A stretch of DNA of 64,000 nt from contig SMSO01000037.1 of NCBI GenBank assembly GCA_004764695.1, positions 286,747 through 350,746 on the forward strand, written 5' to 3'. Source of the stretch: Schizochytrium sp. TIO01. Taxonomy: Eukaryota; Protista; Bigyra: Labyrinthulomycetes. A model generated the notes under the pieces. That model was not told where the DNA came from and ran no database searches. It saw only the letters and a list, made by a program, of their open reading frames with translations. Below, piece by piece: positions 24,969 through 38,200 of this stretch. Position 1 is the stretch's first letter, and the number at the start of each line of letters is the position of its first letter. A program made the translations under genes and the position numbers.

Positions 24969-27900
24969 ATCTTATACATATATATCTGTCGATCCTTCCC
25001 CTCCACAGCCTCGAAGGTCAGCGCCCGGAATCGCGGATCTCACAAAAGCATATCTGTAAAGGCCCAGGTGCGGTAGTTTTGAGCCTGTGCGGGGATAGAT
25101 TTTGTTGCCTTCTCACTTCAAATCAACCACCTTTCTAAACGCTGTGTGGTGGAGGCAACACATCTAAGGCTAACTGTGGGAGAGAGGGGAGATGTCGAGA
25201 CAAGCCTGTCTGTCTCAAAACCGACGAACAGAGCTCTTCCGCTCGCCACGGACGCAATAAGCTAAACAACGCCTTCTCCGTTTTCTGCCATCTTCTACTT
25301 GCCATGGGCTCAGTCTTTGTGTCGGTGCTCGCGTCGTCGCGTGAACTTAAAATTCCCTCCTTCGACGCAGTGTTTTGATTGGCGAGCCAGACGACCTGAC
25401 TGTCCCAAGCGCGGATATTATCGCCCTCCAGAGCCACCTTGAGCTTCCTTGCGCAGGCTGGCCTGCTTCCTTCCTTATTATCTGTTTTATAACACTCGAA
25501 CTATATCTAACTAACAAGGGAGGATGATTATGATGGTGAGCACTTGTAGCATTACGTGTAGCAGTTTCGGTACATGTGCTGGTGATGGCCATCTTCAGAT
25601 CGCTTCGATGATTAAATTTGCGAATCCCGACTCTAGCTCGTTCAGAACTTGAAGAAAGCATTCGGTTGTTTGTTCATGATGGGTTGTCGCTGCTCAGCTA
25701 GTGGGTGCTGATACTGCTTTGGCTTTTCCAAAGAGGAGAACCAGCGCCTCTCGCCTATCGCCTGTGCCATTTCCCGCGAGGTTGGAGGAGCGAGTTGTCT
25801 CGAAACAAGTGTTCCCTGCTGCGGAGCTTTCAAAGCGCCTGCCAAAGCAAAAGAAAAGGCCGCTACTAGGAGCTTATATGTATATGTTCTTTCCGTAGCT
25901 TGTCCTTTCCCCAATGTTCTTGGAGAGCAACATGTATGGAACAACTGCTCCTGTAAATCTCTCTTCTACTACCTGACTTGACAGCTGCAAGGACGAGGAA
26001 AACCAGGGCAAACTTGCTCAAGCTATGCACGCCCCTTTGCAGAAAAGGCGCAATCTTGCCGTTGATTGCAGGTAGAGCAGCACAAGATCAAGGAAGTAGG
26101 TAAGCAGTTAGTGGATAAAACCAACGCAAATTGAGTGGTTTGCAGCCTGAAAAATAGACAGACCTATCTTTAAGTAGACGCATAAGCTAGAAAGAAAGTA
26201 AGAACTCGCACTGCCGAAGGCCATACGACTCAAAGACAAGGCTACACGCTGATCCACGAGTGCTTCCCTCCAACGCTTGAATACGGGTACCTAGTTTCCT
26301 TCTGGGATTATTCTAAAACTCGTATCGTTGCCTCGTACGCTCGCGACTTGAGAGAAAACTAATAAGAGAAAAACTCAAAACCCAACACAACTCTTTCTGC
26401 AAAACAGCAGAAGCAGCGCAAAGGGGTGCGCAACTGTCAGCACAACGCAGGCATGAAATTGATTTGAATGGTCTACAATACCTCAGATTGCTGCACAGCT
26501 TAGCTGAATTTGAAGCACAATGGTTTAGCATTATCTGCTATCATCGAATTGCTAACCAAGCGCGAGGTTAATTTTTTAATAAATTTGCTCAAAACATGTT
26601 TTAAGATCTTATCTCTTTTATCTTTTATTGTGTATTTATGGTACTCTTAATATGTAGTTCCTGTAATACATACCTTCCGTAACATTTCCTGTAAAAGCCA
26701 ATCCCAAACACATGGTTCTACCTAAACTTGTAAGCGGACAAGGGAAATGTGCTATCCTAGGATAGTGACGTCGCAATTTAATAAGCCCGTAAATTTTTAT
26801 TGAAGCACACCATCTTGTTCAAGTCTTCAAGAGATTTACATTTATGCAGACTTTTATTTTTCGAGAAGAAGATAAGGAAAGAAAATCAAAACTAAAAACA
26901 AGGCATACGGTAAGTTTAATTTTTCCAGAAAACATTAAACCTGGTACTTACTTAATAACGAATAGTGAGTGAAAATGGGGAACAATTCACATTCATATTT
27001 TAAAGGAAATTTGGCCGTGTTGCCTACTCGAGTAAAATTCACCGTTTTCATCTTGACAATATATTTTCCATGAAACTCAGCTCTTATTGCCAAATCATGT
27101 CAGCTTTTGACATGGTACTTTAATTTCTTAGCAAGGATAGAAATAGGAAAGGCGACACTTCGAAATTTGACAGTTTTCGAAGCCATTGGTAAAAGGAGCA
27201 ACTACTTCGAATGGTACATACAACTCCAAGAGTGTAATCTTTAAGAAAGAAGCTTTGTTAGAGCACGAAAAGCGGCACCCTCTAATAAAGTACATGGTGT
27301 CAGGCAAAAATATTTTGTTGACTTGATTTATAGGATGACAAGCTCATAACCATACACTTAGACCCGTCTAAATTACATCTTGTTCTCCGAACTTACCCGA
27401 TATTTCTTTTAAAGATACCTTCGCTAATTACATAAGAAGTATTTGGGGGGAGGTTGTTTGTCTTATTTGTCTTCTTATTCTGACCTCCTTCAGCATAATT
27501 AAAATTATATATTTTTAATGATGATTCGTCCGCAGAACCCTTCTGACCTTTGGATATTTTTATTTATTTATTCTGGCGTTTTCGCAGTTTAAATCCAACA
27601 GGACAATATCATGGGGCGATCTATTGCTGTTCCCCGTTGCCCTCTAGCACTTCGGCGTGATCATAGTTGCACTGCGCACCGCCGCGCCAAACGCCGGACT
27701 CTAAGTGTTCTGCTTTGTGACGAAATGTAATTCCTAGCCTGATCGAGAAATTCAAAGCATGATGATGTAAAATCTACAGACTTGAGTTCTTTATTGTTTT
27801 CTCTATGTTTTATTTTTTCAACCTATCTTACTCAGTGACATTTCCCCTCACAAACAAGCCAAACATGTTTGGCAAATAAACTGACAACCCTTTATAACTT

Positions 27901-30685
27901 GAGGAGTAGTAGAAAGGGTATTGTTATTCGAAAAATTGTTAAATAATGAACCATCCACAGCCCTCGGACGAGTTGACAGAATAATTTTTAGAATGCAACT
28001 ATCTACAATCACAGAGTAAATTGCCACAGAGAGAAAATCCTCAGTGTGTTTTTTCTGCTTTTTATTATTTATTATTTTTTTGTAAAAACACCTTTCTAGT
28101 CTGGTTCTGAGAAACACACACGAACACTAGGTAGTACTAAAAGCCTCAACTATGATAAGTGCCCCCTTTTTTCTAAAAACAATGTTTTTGAGCTAGACAC
28201 TTTATAAAGTCAGCCCAGAGTTCCCGTTTGCTAAGAACCTTTCGAGCTTAAGTGAGTTGGTAACCCCCGCTAGGAGATACAACACAACCACCCATGCCAT
28301 GCGTATTTCTATCTGCAATGCAACGATCGCAAGAAAACGCCACTTTGCGTGTGCAAGAATGGTAGTAGTACTTCGTATTACCTGCCTAGGCTACCTGTTA
28401 AGTTGAAGTACCATCTCACTCAAGTTTTTATAGTTTATAGTTTTTTTTTTTAGTTTTTTTTTTTAGTAAAAACATTTTGAAGTTCAACTATTTACACGAC
28501 TCCTCAAGTTCATCAAATAAGTGCACGAAGGTTTGTTCCTACGAATAGCGAGCGTCCAATATGGTATACTTTACATGTAAAATGTGCTCCGTGGCGTTTT
28601 GTAAGGAGCGAGAGTCCAGTGGGTCAAGTCGGTGCCAGCACAACATAGACCCAACGAATCCACTGGATAGCTAGCTAAACTCAGCCTGACCTGGGCAAAC
28701 AACACGTGAGACCATTTCTTGAAGATAAACGTTTTCTTTCTTGCTTTCCTTCAGCCATTCAAAGATGATGAAGGTGGTGATAACGATGACGATATCGCGG
28801 ATGAAGTTTTAATCCCCATTTTAGCAAATCTCGAGCATTCGCTCGCTCACGTGCAGACCAGGCTCGCTCCGACAACCTCCGCCGCGCCTCGCCTCGATCC
28901 CCGACCCGTGCTGCGAAACACGCCACTCAATCATCTTAAGAGCCATCGATCATGAAGAAGAAGAAGAAGCAACCTCTATGAGCATGGCGAAGGGAGCCTC
29001 GTTTTGAGAAGCTGATGGATGATCTCTGCCACCCGTGAAATTCGTGACCTATGATTTATGATCCATGGGTCATGATTCGCGACTCGTGGTCCATGCTTCA
29101 TGGTTCTTGACACAATACTTACTGAGGCGAGCGACTGAGAGATCTATCTCATCGAAATCACCAATTTGATGGGAAGCTCTGTTCCTCGAATTGTGTGCGA
29201 TTGGGTCGGACGACCAAGAATTCCAACGAACCCATCTCTTGCTACCGCGCCGAGGCCCTCCCCGGTGCATTCCAGCTTGTGCTAGAAGATTATTGCCAAC
29301 TGCTGTTGTGTACGGCTCAACGAAAGATGGCCCTTCGTGGACGCCGGGAGGATGAGACCAAGCAAAGACGCCTTTGCTGTTGCCCACAAGTGTTGGACTT
29401 TGCGGGGCGACAGCTCAACTCCTTTATTTGTTTAGGTAACATCTCCCTCTCATGTATATGTATGTATTTACATTTATTTGTCGATTTACTCGACTACTTA
29501 TTAGTTTGTTTGTTTTATTGAATGTCAGCGTGACGGTGCTTCACGAGAAAAAACTCATAAAAACTAGAAAGATCAAGACTCTGAAAATAACTTCGTGCGA
29601 AACTACGATTCTTGGAAATGCATGGTCTTCCGATTAGGTATTTGATTTTCTTTTCCCCGAAGTTTTGCGGTTTGTTTTGTTTTTGTTTTTATTTTGTTTT
29701 TAGTATATGCTCGGCAGAATAATTGAGCTAGTCAATGTCAATGAACTATTCGCTCATGAGCGACGCACGCGAGGATCAAGAGGTCTGGTGCAGGTCTTGA
29801 TTAATCTTTGAGTCTTGCACTCTCCTTGGTTGCTTCACCCATGGTTTGACACGAGTGGTGTTTCGAGAGATGCAATGAGATCACGATTCCCCATGAACTT
29901 GCTATTGCTTAATATAATAGACCTGCCAGTGGAATTTTGGATTGCGATGAAGTTGCAAAGCGTCAAACTCATGATGATGTCTTGAAGGGCAAGAAATAAA
30001 ATCAATTAACGAGTTACAGGTCTCTTATTTCCTCAGGCTGTGCTAATTCTACACGGCGGCAGCATGAAGGCCTTATGGCCTGCTCGCACGCGAGTGGGCC
30101 TAGGCTCGCCCTGAGCTTCTGTTTTACTTAATTAACTACACAAGACAGAACCACTCAAGTATGAACTGCTAGGTAGGTAGCTCTGTATATGCGCATGCTT
30201 AAGCTCCTCCACTCGCTGGCCCACTTATCTATCCTCTCAGCTTCTGCTCGCGTTTGATAGTTTGATTGCAAACTGCAATGGTACCAGAATAGTAGTTTGC
30301 CGCAACCCCTTTTGGCAGGTCCTACAATCCAGGACCTCCAGTTCTGTCCCTTTGGTATCATGGACGAAGCCACTCGAATCTGAGTCCATATTCAGACAGA
30401 AATTCATCAATTCCGCGCCTCTGACATGGCCAAGAGATACGCTTCAGCGGAGTCGGCGCATTGACAGCCTCGCCACAGTGCACAGCTTGAACGGCACGTT
30501 GCAAGAGCTGTTCGTGAAGATGGTTTGTTGTTTGGATGATATGTGAAGTGTTCTCTAAAGTATTATCATGCTGTCGTATATAGAATTCGTTATTCGAACG
30601 TATGACGTCATGTTCGCCTTTGGCCAATTCTGGCACGCGACGATCTTGAAGCAGATGCCATCGAGGCTGCGTGCGCCCTGAAACG

Positions 30686-31879
30686 ATGATTGGCGATGAT
30701 ATTGAGGCACGGCATGCCTCCGCCGCCACTGAGACCGCCCAGGTAGCCCCTGCGGACGCCACAGGTAGCACCGTCCATGAGTTGCCGGCCCAAGTTGAGG
30801 TCGATGAGGTCCAGCTTCAAGATGTTGCGCTTGAGGACAATTCTGCTGAGAATGTGGTGTCTACATCGCACAGCAGAAGCCAAGCGTCGAGAGAGAATAT
30901 CCTCAGCACCCAAGCACCATCTTGCTTTGGAGCCTATCTGCGATTTGTGCTGTACATCCTAGTGGCCGTGGTCCTGGTGCCTATTTTAACAGTAGGGATG
31001 TATATTGAGGACAATCTTGTACGCAGTCAAGCTCAGATTTTCAGGCGCATACGATGGAGATTTTTACTGTCGAGGCTAGAGGACGTGCTCACTGTTGTGA
31101 GACCGTGGATGAGGTCCACCATTGGACATCGCAGGTGTGTGTGGAGGTTCCCCACGCTTGAACAGGAGCTTGTGCTCACCTTAGACGACGCACCGGGAGA
31201 CTCGCCAAAGGAAATGCAAAACCTTTTGGACCTTCTGGACGAGAACAAAGTCCAGGTCACATTCTTTGTGACGACTTCATACATTCACAATGGTGAGATG
31301 GAGCGCCTCATGCAGCGCATCATTGATGCTGACCACGAAATTGGAAACCACATGCCAGAGGATAAACCGTACCACCACCTCAGTGCAGATGCATTCCGCA
31401 CGCAGCTGCTTAGGGCAGAGGAGGTACTAGCACGATTTGATCCAACCAGGTTTGGGCCTACAAGAACGCGTCGTCGCTGGTTTCGCCCGCCTCATGGTAA
31501 GCTTAGCAAGGCCATGATGCGAGTTCTTGTTGCGGAGGACTACCACATCGCCATGGGTACTGTCTTTAGTAATGACCCTGCGATTGGAGGTCTTGCCGAC
31601 CCCCCTGTCACCTCGGCCATGAAATATCATGAGCAGTTTGTCATTGATCACGCCAAAGCTGGCAGTATCGTAATCTTCCATGTACCAAACAAAGAGACGC
31701 GTAAGCAAACCATTCCAGTTCTTACACAACTTCTCGCCTATTGGGATGAGCACGATATCGAAGTCCAGCGCTGCTGTGATATGGCAGTCGACCTCGAGGT
31801 TCCGGAACCTATTAGCCTTGAAATCCCAACTTTGGACCCAGAACCCGTTCCTCGTGTCGAGGCCGCTCCTGTATTCTGA
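30686..31879 (+). CDS. Membrane-anchored polysaccharide deacetylase (NodB / CE4 family)
   Basis: LVLTLDDAP (motif 1), VTFFV, HEIGNHM (motif 2), WFRPPHG (motif 3), GSIVIFH (motif 5). Hydrophobic segment FVLYILVAVVLVPILTVGM. First ATG at 30686. Confidence 0.88.
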   Translation: MIGDDIEARHASAATETAQVAPADATGSTVHELPAQVEVDEVQLQDVALEDNSAENVVSTSHSRSQASRENILSTQAPSCFGAYLRFVLYILVAVVLVPILTVGMYIEDNLVRSQAQIFRRIRWRFLLSRLEDVLTVVRPWMRSTIGHRRCVWRFPTLEQELVLTLDDAPGDSPKEMQNLLDLLDENKVQVTFFVTTSYIHNGEMERLMQRIIDADHEIGNHMPEDKPYHHLSADAFRTQLLRAEEVLARFDPTRFGPTRTRRRWFRPPHGKLSKAMMRVLVAEDYHIAMGTVFSNDPAIGGLADPPVTSAMKYHEQFVIDHAKAGSIVIFHVPNKETRKQTIPVLTQLLAYWDEHDIEVQRCCDMAVDLEVPEPISLEIPTLDPEPVPRVEAAPVF

Positions 31880-32233
31880 AGAATAATAAAAGAGTATTAT
31901 GTTACAACATCATTCTTTACGTTTTTTATGCTGCTTTCTTGCCAACCACTCACAAGACCAAGTTTATCGCTCTATGTCGTGTGCGAATACTCTTGATTTC
32001 GATACAATGATCTTTTTCTAATAATCTTCCACCGACTGTAAAAAGATGGAGATTTCATCCAAAGCAATGTAAACATGCTGCAGTTGTCTTTTGTGATTAG
32101 ACAGACAAATATTGAGGTTGCTTTCGTCGAGTAAGGCTGGAATTTTATGCAAATTAGCCCTCTTATAGCCCGTGTATGTATTAATGCATCTCCTCGTCGA
32201 AGAAATTAAGATCTCGCCGTTACAGAAATCTTA

Positions 32234-33001
32234 CTAAGCAAAAAGCTCATTTGCTCGTGCTACGCGTTCTTCCCCAAATTTTGATAGAAACATATCAATG
32301 AGCTCTACACAATTGATCTCCTTTGCAATCAGTGGTGGGGTTAAATTTTCAAGGTTCAGAACTGTCGCGATGGCGCCATGCTCGACCAGTATACGAGTAA
32401 TTTCAATACGTTTGAGCTTCACTGCCAAATGCAAAGGTGTATCCATATGAACATCGGATACATTCACATTTACAGCATAACTTCCACTCCACTCTAAAAG
32501 CACTCGAACAGCTTCAAGCCGACCACTTCGCACGGCATTGTGAAGAGGTGTACTTCCGGTAGCATCTTTTTTGTTACAATCTGCACCATTCTGAAGTAGA
32601 ATCTTGATCACCTCAATTGCAGGTGCCTCTCCTTGCTCGCCGATCCGCCCTCCACAAGCAAAATGAAGTGCTGTTTGATATGCTGGATCGACGATATTCA
32701 CTGGTTCGGTCTCTGTCTTCAAAATTGCTTTAATGACAGCGACATGGCCATCCCTTGCTGCTACATGGAGCTTTGGTAAAAGTTTAAACTCAATCTCAGG
32801 AACTTGGTCACGAGAAGGAACGTGACTTGGTAGAATACCATCGTCATATGCCAAGCTGAAGCCTGGGCCGTCATCATCATCGTCAACATCCAGGTTGTTA
32901 TTTAATTGCTGATTCTCTAAGCCTGAAACACTACGATCCGATGCTGTCAAAACACTCTTCGTGCTCCCCAACCTTGCATCTTCTCCTGTCGGAAACTTCA
33001 T
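32234..33001 (-). CDS. Ankyrin-repeat protein (255 aa)
   Basis: Repeats LHVAARDGH, TALHFAC, TPLHNAVRSGRLEAVRVLL and TPLHLAV. Confidence 0.92.
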   Translation of the reverse strand: MKFPTGEDARLGSTKSVLTASDRSVSGLENQQLNNNLDVDDDDDGPGFSLAYDDGILPSHVPSRDQVPEIEFKLLPKLHVAARDGHVAVIKAILKTETEPVNIVDPAYQTALHFACGGRIGEQGEAPAIEVIKILLQNGADCNKKDATGSTPLHNAVRSGRLEAVRVLLEWSGSYAVNVNVSDVHMDTPLHLAVKLKRIEITRILVEHGAIATVLNLENLTPPLIAKEINCVELIDMFLSKFGEERVARANELFA

Positions 33002-33435
33002 GACACCTCTGTGTACTAGCTCGCCTTACTATACTAGCTTAAATTTGTTCTACTGCCGCAGTGTACAGGATAACGATAACGTAATGCAATACGACACAGT
33101 TAATTTCTAGAAACATTCAACAACCCAAGAGCTCTTGAAGTGATCCTATCGAATATCGATCCCAGTCCGCAAGAAATGATTTTGCCTTCTCCTATACAAG
33201 CAAAGCAATGATTATAACTTCATTATTAGACCTGTAACGGTACTTATGTTCCAAACGTTCTGTTAAATCCTTTTTTTAATTTCTGTATTTGGGGATTAGT
33301 ACTACCTCGCGGTATTCTCACTCAAGCAGCATAATCTCATGTTACACGCAAAAAGACCGAGGGCGGAGGCTTTATTCATGAAGTGGCGACAAAGCTTCCT
33401 CCTTTGTTCATTGAAACGTGATATTCTTCGCGGAA

Positions 33436-33774
33436 ATGGACTCTGCACTGGGGACTGCAAAACGGACTTCTAGCGTCTCGTGTATTGCCGATGCCCACGA
33501 TGACCCTCGCAGAGGAGGCGCTGCCGTCAGGCCCTGGAAGGAAACTCCACCAGACATGGATCAACTGCCTCCAGATTACATGTCTCTGCTTTCACTGATG
33601 CTTGGGCTTCTCGCGTATCTTCTCACAAGCCCTATTCTCGCCTGGACCAGTGTATTCTTTTGCCTCAGCTCTCTTGCAAATATGAAAGCTTCACAGGTCG
33701 ATGCCAAGCAGAACCTATGTACACTCTCTTGCGTTCTCGTTGGACTTCTTGTAAATCATAGCTCTTGTCCTTGA
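33436..33774 (+). CDS. WDR83OS: PAT complex subunit Asterix (UPF0139/WDR83OS) homologue
   Basis: DPRR....RPW.....D..PPDYMSLLSLMLGL.......LAW.SVFFCLSSLANMK....D.KQ matches the Asterix pattern; three hydrophobic segments. Confidence 0.85.
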   Translation: MDSALGTAKRTSSVSCIADAHDDPRRGGAAVRPWKETPPDMDQLPPDYMSLLSLMLGLLAYLLTSPILAWTSVFFCLSSLANMKASQVDAKQNLCTLSCVLVGLLVNHSSCP

Positions 33775-34160
33775 ACCCATAGTTCATTTTTATAGTTTTA
33801 TGGGCCTTGTAATATTGCATCTCTTCTGTAAATGGATGCATCTTTTTTGCGCCGTTTGGCTTCAAATATGAACATGTTGGAATGAATCGTTCTTAGCAAA
33901 GGCATAATCTAGCAATTAGTACTTAGAATATGTACATATCCTGCTACGTGTGATGACGTTCAACATTATTGTTTGTAATATGCTACGAGGTGCTCCCTCC
34001 GGTTGGCGAGAAAAGAGTACAGCTACTTTATCGTAGTTTCATGCAAAAACCGTGGCATTATTTGATAATTAAAAGAAAGACTGGAGTCCCCTCTGCTCAT
34101 GTATCGAAAAGGACATTCTATTACATAATCTTCTTAAGCTTTATATGTTACCTTAGCTAT

Positions 34161-35265
34161 TTATTGCAATCCAGTTGGAGGTGGAGGTGTACCAGTGGGG
34201 TGCTGAGTCTCCTGACGATCGTCACCCATACCATTATCATCGGCTTGGTTTGGGGGGTCGTCAAATCCCGGAAGAGGCACAGGAGATCCAGACGACACTG
34301 GCATAGGAGGAGGTTTAAAGACATTGAACTTCTTCGGAGGCACAGGATTAGAGCTTCCCCCGCCACCAACAATATTGGGACTGCTGTTGCCACCCATCAT
34401 CATCATCATAGGCGGCCCTGGCATCATAGGATTTGCACCGGGTGGCATCATCATAGACATGGGCGGCCCGCCCTGGCCACTGTTTCCAGGTGCTGTGTCA
34501 GGCCGGGGTGTGTCTGCAACCAAGCCACTCTGAGCAAAGGTATTCACATACCGCGACTTGGTATTTCCACGACGGAAACCGGTGCCAGCGCTGTATTGTG
34601 GCGGTCCTGAAGGGGCAGGGCCATCTCCACTCGCAGGCGCGCTTGAAGGACGTAGTTCTTCCATTTTGGGAGGTGCTGCAGGTGCTGCAGGCCCGGCGTT
34701 GGGATCATCACCAGGGAATACCCACTTGCCAAGCTTCTTGTCATAGTAGGCATCTAGCTTATTACCTGTGCTACCACGTTTCACGTTGCTCTTCGGGAGA
34801 ACCTTCTTCATCCATGTCATCATGCCCCAGCCACCTTCGTCCTTCTTTTCACCACTATCGTCAGAAGTCTTAGGTTCTTCCTTCTTGCTTGCAGACGTAG
34901 TTGGAGACTTGTCTTCATCCTTACTCGATGAAGCTTGGGAAATACTATTGTTGCTGTGACTGCTAACCACAGCAGGCTCTGTAGAATTGAATCCTGTGTC
35001 CAGAGGCCCTGGGTGCAAAGGAGGTCGGCTATTCATTGCCTCATTATGCGAAAATCCATTGTCATCTGTCCCGGCTAAAGTAAATGGTTGCATCTGTGGG
35101 TCCCTTGGCATAGTTGAGTCAAAGTTAGAGGAAGGGTAAGTGCTTTGACTTGGGTTCCATGTTGTGGGCGGCTGATGGCTGACACTACCCACAGAGGGAG
35201 CAGGAGATGCAGGGGGCGGCGGCATCATAGTGTTGCTAAAGTTATTGTTTCGCATCTGCGGGGGT

Positions 35266-35297
<32 letters not shown>

Positions 35298-38200
35298 TTT
35301 GCCTCCACGTCGCCACAAGGAAGAAAGGCGTAAGGGAATCCAACCAGATCCATCTTCGTGCTGTTGCATCTGTTCAGTGAGACCGAGTGCCTTCGCTTCA
35401 CATGTCATAAGTCGGTCCGCAAAAATCTTCAGTTGACGCTGGAATGCATGGGGAAAAGGGCCAGACCGGCGCGGACTACCTCCGGTACTCGATGAAGATG
35501 ATCTCTTGCTAGGAGATCGGGCCTTAAGCACATCCTGGATAGACTTTACCCATGCGTATGCTTGCTTCACTGCACCTAAATCAGCAAGCCACATTGCATA
35601 GATAAGTCGATATGGGTGGAAACTATCAAATTTATAGAATGAATTGCGCATAGAGAGCCCATACAGGTAAATTTCTGTACGTTCAATAGTCTCTGGTGTC
35701 ACAAAATCCCGATGGGACTGAAACGATCGGTGGTCGCCTCCCACCAGAACCATACGTGATGTACTTGTTGAGTTCAAGGTCACTCCTGCAGTCAAATAAC
35801 AAATGTGCGCAGCCCTTACATCACCAAGGTCAGACCATAAGCGGTCCCCAAGGAGGTAATTAGCTCTGTATCCCCGGGGGTCCGATTCGCCAAGATTGAA
35901 CTCAAGGTGCGACGCCAGGTGTCTTTCAAGGATGAACCGCTACCATCGCCATTATCCATGGTATTCAGTAAAGCCTTTTCGCCGAGACCAGCGAACAACA
36001 AAAGCAACGAGTGTGACTGCGAATTGCGAGGCATGGTTGCATTGACAAAACGCTCCACTACCCGTCGGTACGCTGCAACACTTACAAAGTTGCTGATAAC
36101 AAGTGCTTGCGCCCAGAGCTCGCTTTCGACAGCGCGTACAACAGCACCTTCACGATCTCCGACTTCAAGCATAGCCTCAATATCTGCCATCGCGGACCGC
36201 GTTGCTTCCTCAGAAAGGCTATTCTCGGTCTTTGAAGAAGGGGTTGTGGGTGAAGTTATCTCGGTAGACAGTACCTCGTCTGAAGCACCTGCCAAACCAT
36301 CTACTGCACTACTGTCACCACTGTGAGGGCTCTTCACCCCGTTGTTAACATCACCAGCTTGGTTAGGCACCTGTGCCGAAGATGACGCACTTTTGGGAGA
36401 TTCCGTCTGGCCGTTGGCCTCTGGCTCGGGCAAAGTAGTGTTAACCTGTGGCATTGGTGCACGGAGAACTTGAAGCAAATCGCTCAAAACGTCTTTGCTT
36501 TGGAGATCTCCATCACTGCGCAAAAGCAAGAGCATAACTTGCCAAAGGAGCTTACCTACAAACCCCGAGACACCATCGGATGGGGAGAAGGAATCGATTT
36601 CCCGTTGTAGAAAGCTAGCTATGGCTTGATGGTCTACAGGCCTCGAGTCAGGTGGTAGGGCTATGAGAGGGCCAGGAAACTCGACTTGGCGTTGTGCAAG
36701 TCGAGATTGGCTTGCTGCACTGAGCGAAGACATACTAAATACCTGAATATGACCTTGGCGGAGCGCGTGTTGCTCAGGGGCTTCAGCGGAATTATCTTGC
36801 TTAGATCCGTGACGTGTCATAGAGGAGTGATCAGAGAAAGAGCCCAGGCGCCTGCGTCTTTGTGGAAACATAGTTACAAGACGGCCTCCAAAGCCAAACG
36901 TAGCAATCGCGTGCGGACGACGACCGTCCCCACGACCAATGTTACCAAGACCAACAACGTTGTTTTCGGGCTGTAGGGAAACACTACTTTGGGCCGTACC
37001 ACTTGTTCCACTGAAATTAGATAACGCACTCATCCGGCGAGGAGGAACAACAGTTCCTGACAACAGTGTTGTTTGCTCCGGTACTTCATTTACTACTTGC
37101 TCTTGTGCAGCCTCCACCGCAGGCTGAAAGTTTAAGGAATATTCATTTCCAGGAGAAACTATGTCAGAGGTCGCATCATTACCATAGCCATGCTGCTGAT
37201 TTGGATCTCCAATCCAGTTACTTGTATCAACTGCATAGGACTGAGCCTCGTCAAATCCTCCTCCTACCATTCCTGACGAGTCGTGTATACCTTCCATACC
37301 ACCCGAGGGCTGAGAGTACTGAGAATATTGCTCTGCGCCAAGCTCGCCACCAGTTGCACCGTATGTGCTTTGCATTGGAGGCTGAGGAAAAGCCATTTGC
37401 TGACTCATATGGGAAATTGAAGATGCTGTAGATCCACGACGAACAGGTTGTTCAAAAGATGTATTGTGCGTTGATGTTGCATCAATAGATCCACGCTGAC
37501 TGTACTGACCTGACCCAAACGAATGCAATGACTCCTGTCGAGGACGCTGGGTCTCATTTACAGAATTGTAACCTTCATAGTAGGACCCCTGCTGAGGCTG
37601 GTTCTCATACCGTTGATTGGCTACATATTGGTCATTAAATTGGTTCTGAGTTCCATAAGAATTTAAACCGTTGTCATACTGAGGTTGTTGTTGCAGGTGC
37701 TGGTTCTGCGTGCCATATTGGTCTTGCATATTCCCGTATTGCTGCGGTCCACCGTACTGATCTTGTGAATAAGAACTGTATCCATATTCCTGTTGCCTGT
37801 CATCCTGGAAACTGTTGTTCTTTTGCTCGTTGTACTGGTCCTGTGGAGGCTGTTGAAAGGGATCGTCCGACTGTCCAGCCTGGGACGATTCAAACGAATT
37901 TTGATCAAAGAAGTTCGCATCATTGCTTACTCCTGATGTCTGACCAGGCGCGCTAGATGAAAATGGGTCCCCGTTGTCTTCCATTCTAGATTGTTGATTT
38001 TGCCACTGGTCTACAACAAATGGGTCAGAGGATGAATTCGTGCCAAACAAGGCATCAGATGGAGGTGTCCGTGGACTTCCCTTGCCAATAGATTCTGTTG
38101 GACTAGAAGATCCTCCAAACAACCCACTTGGGGAGGTAACAGAGTCTTCTTGAGCCAGAGGGCTAGTTTGTGATCCCTCAACCTCTACTTCAGCTGGGGG

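Noticed and set aside
33969-34610. 213-aa plus-strand ORF
   Set aside because: Antisense to the Sec16 C-terminus, non-ATG start, no motifs.
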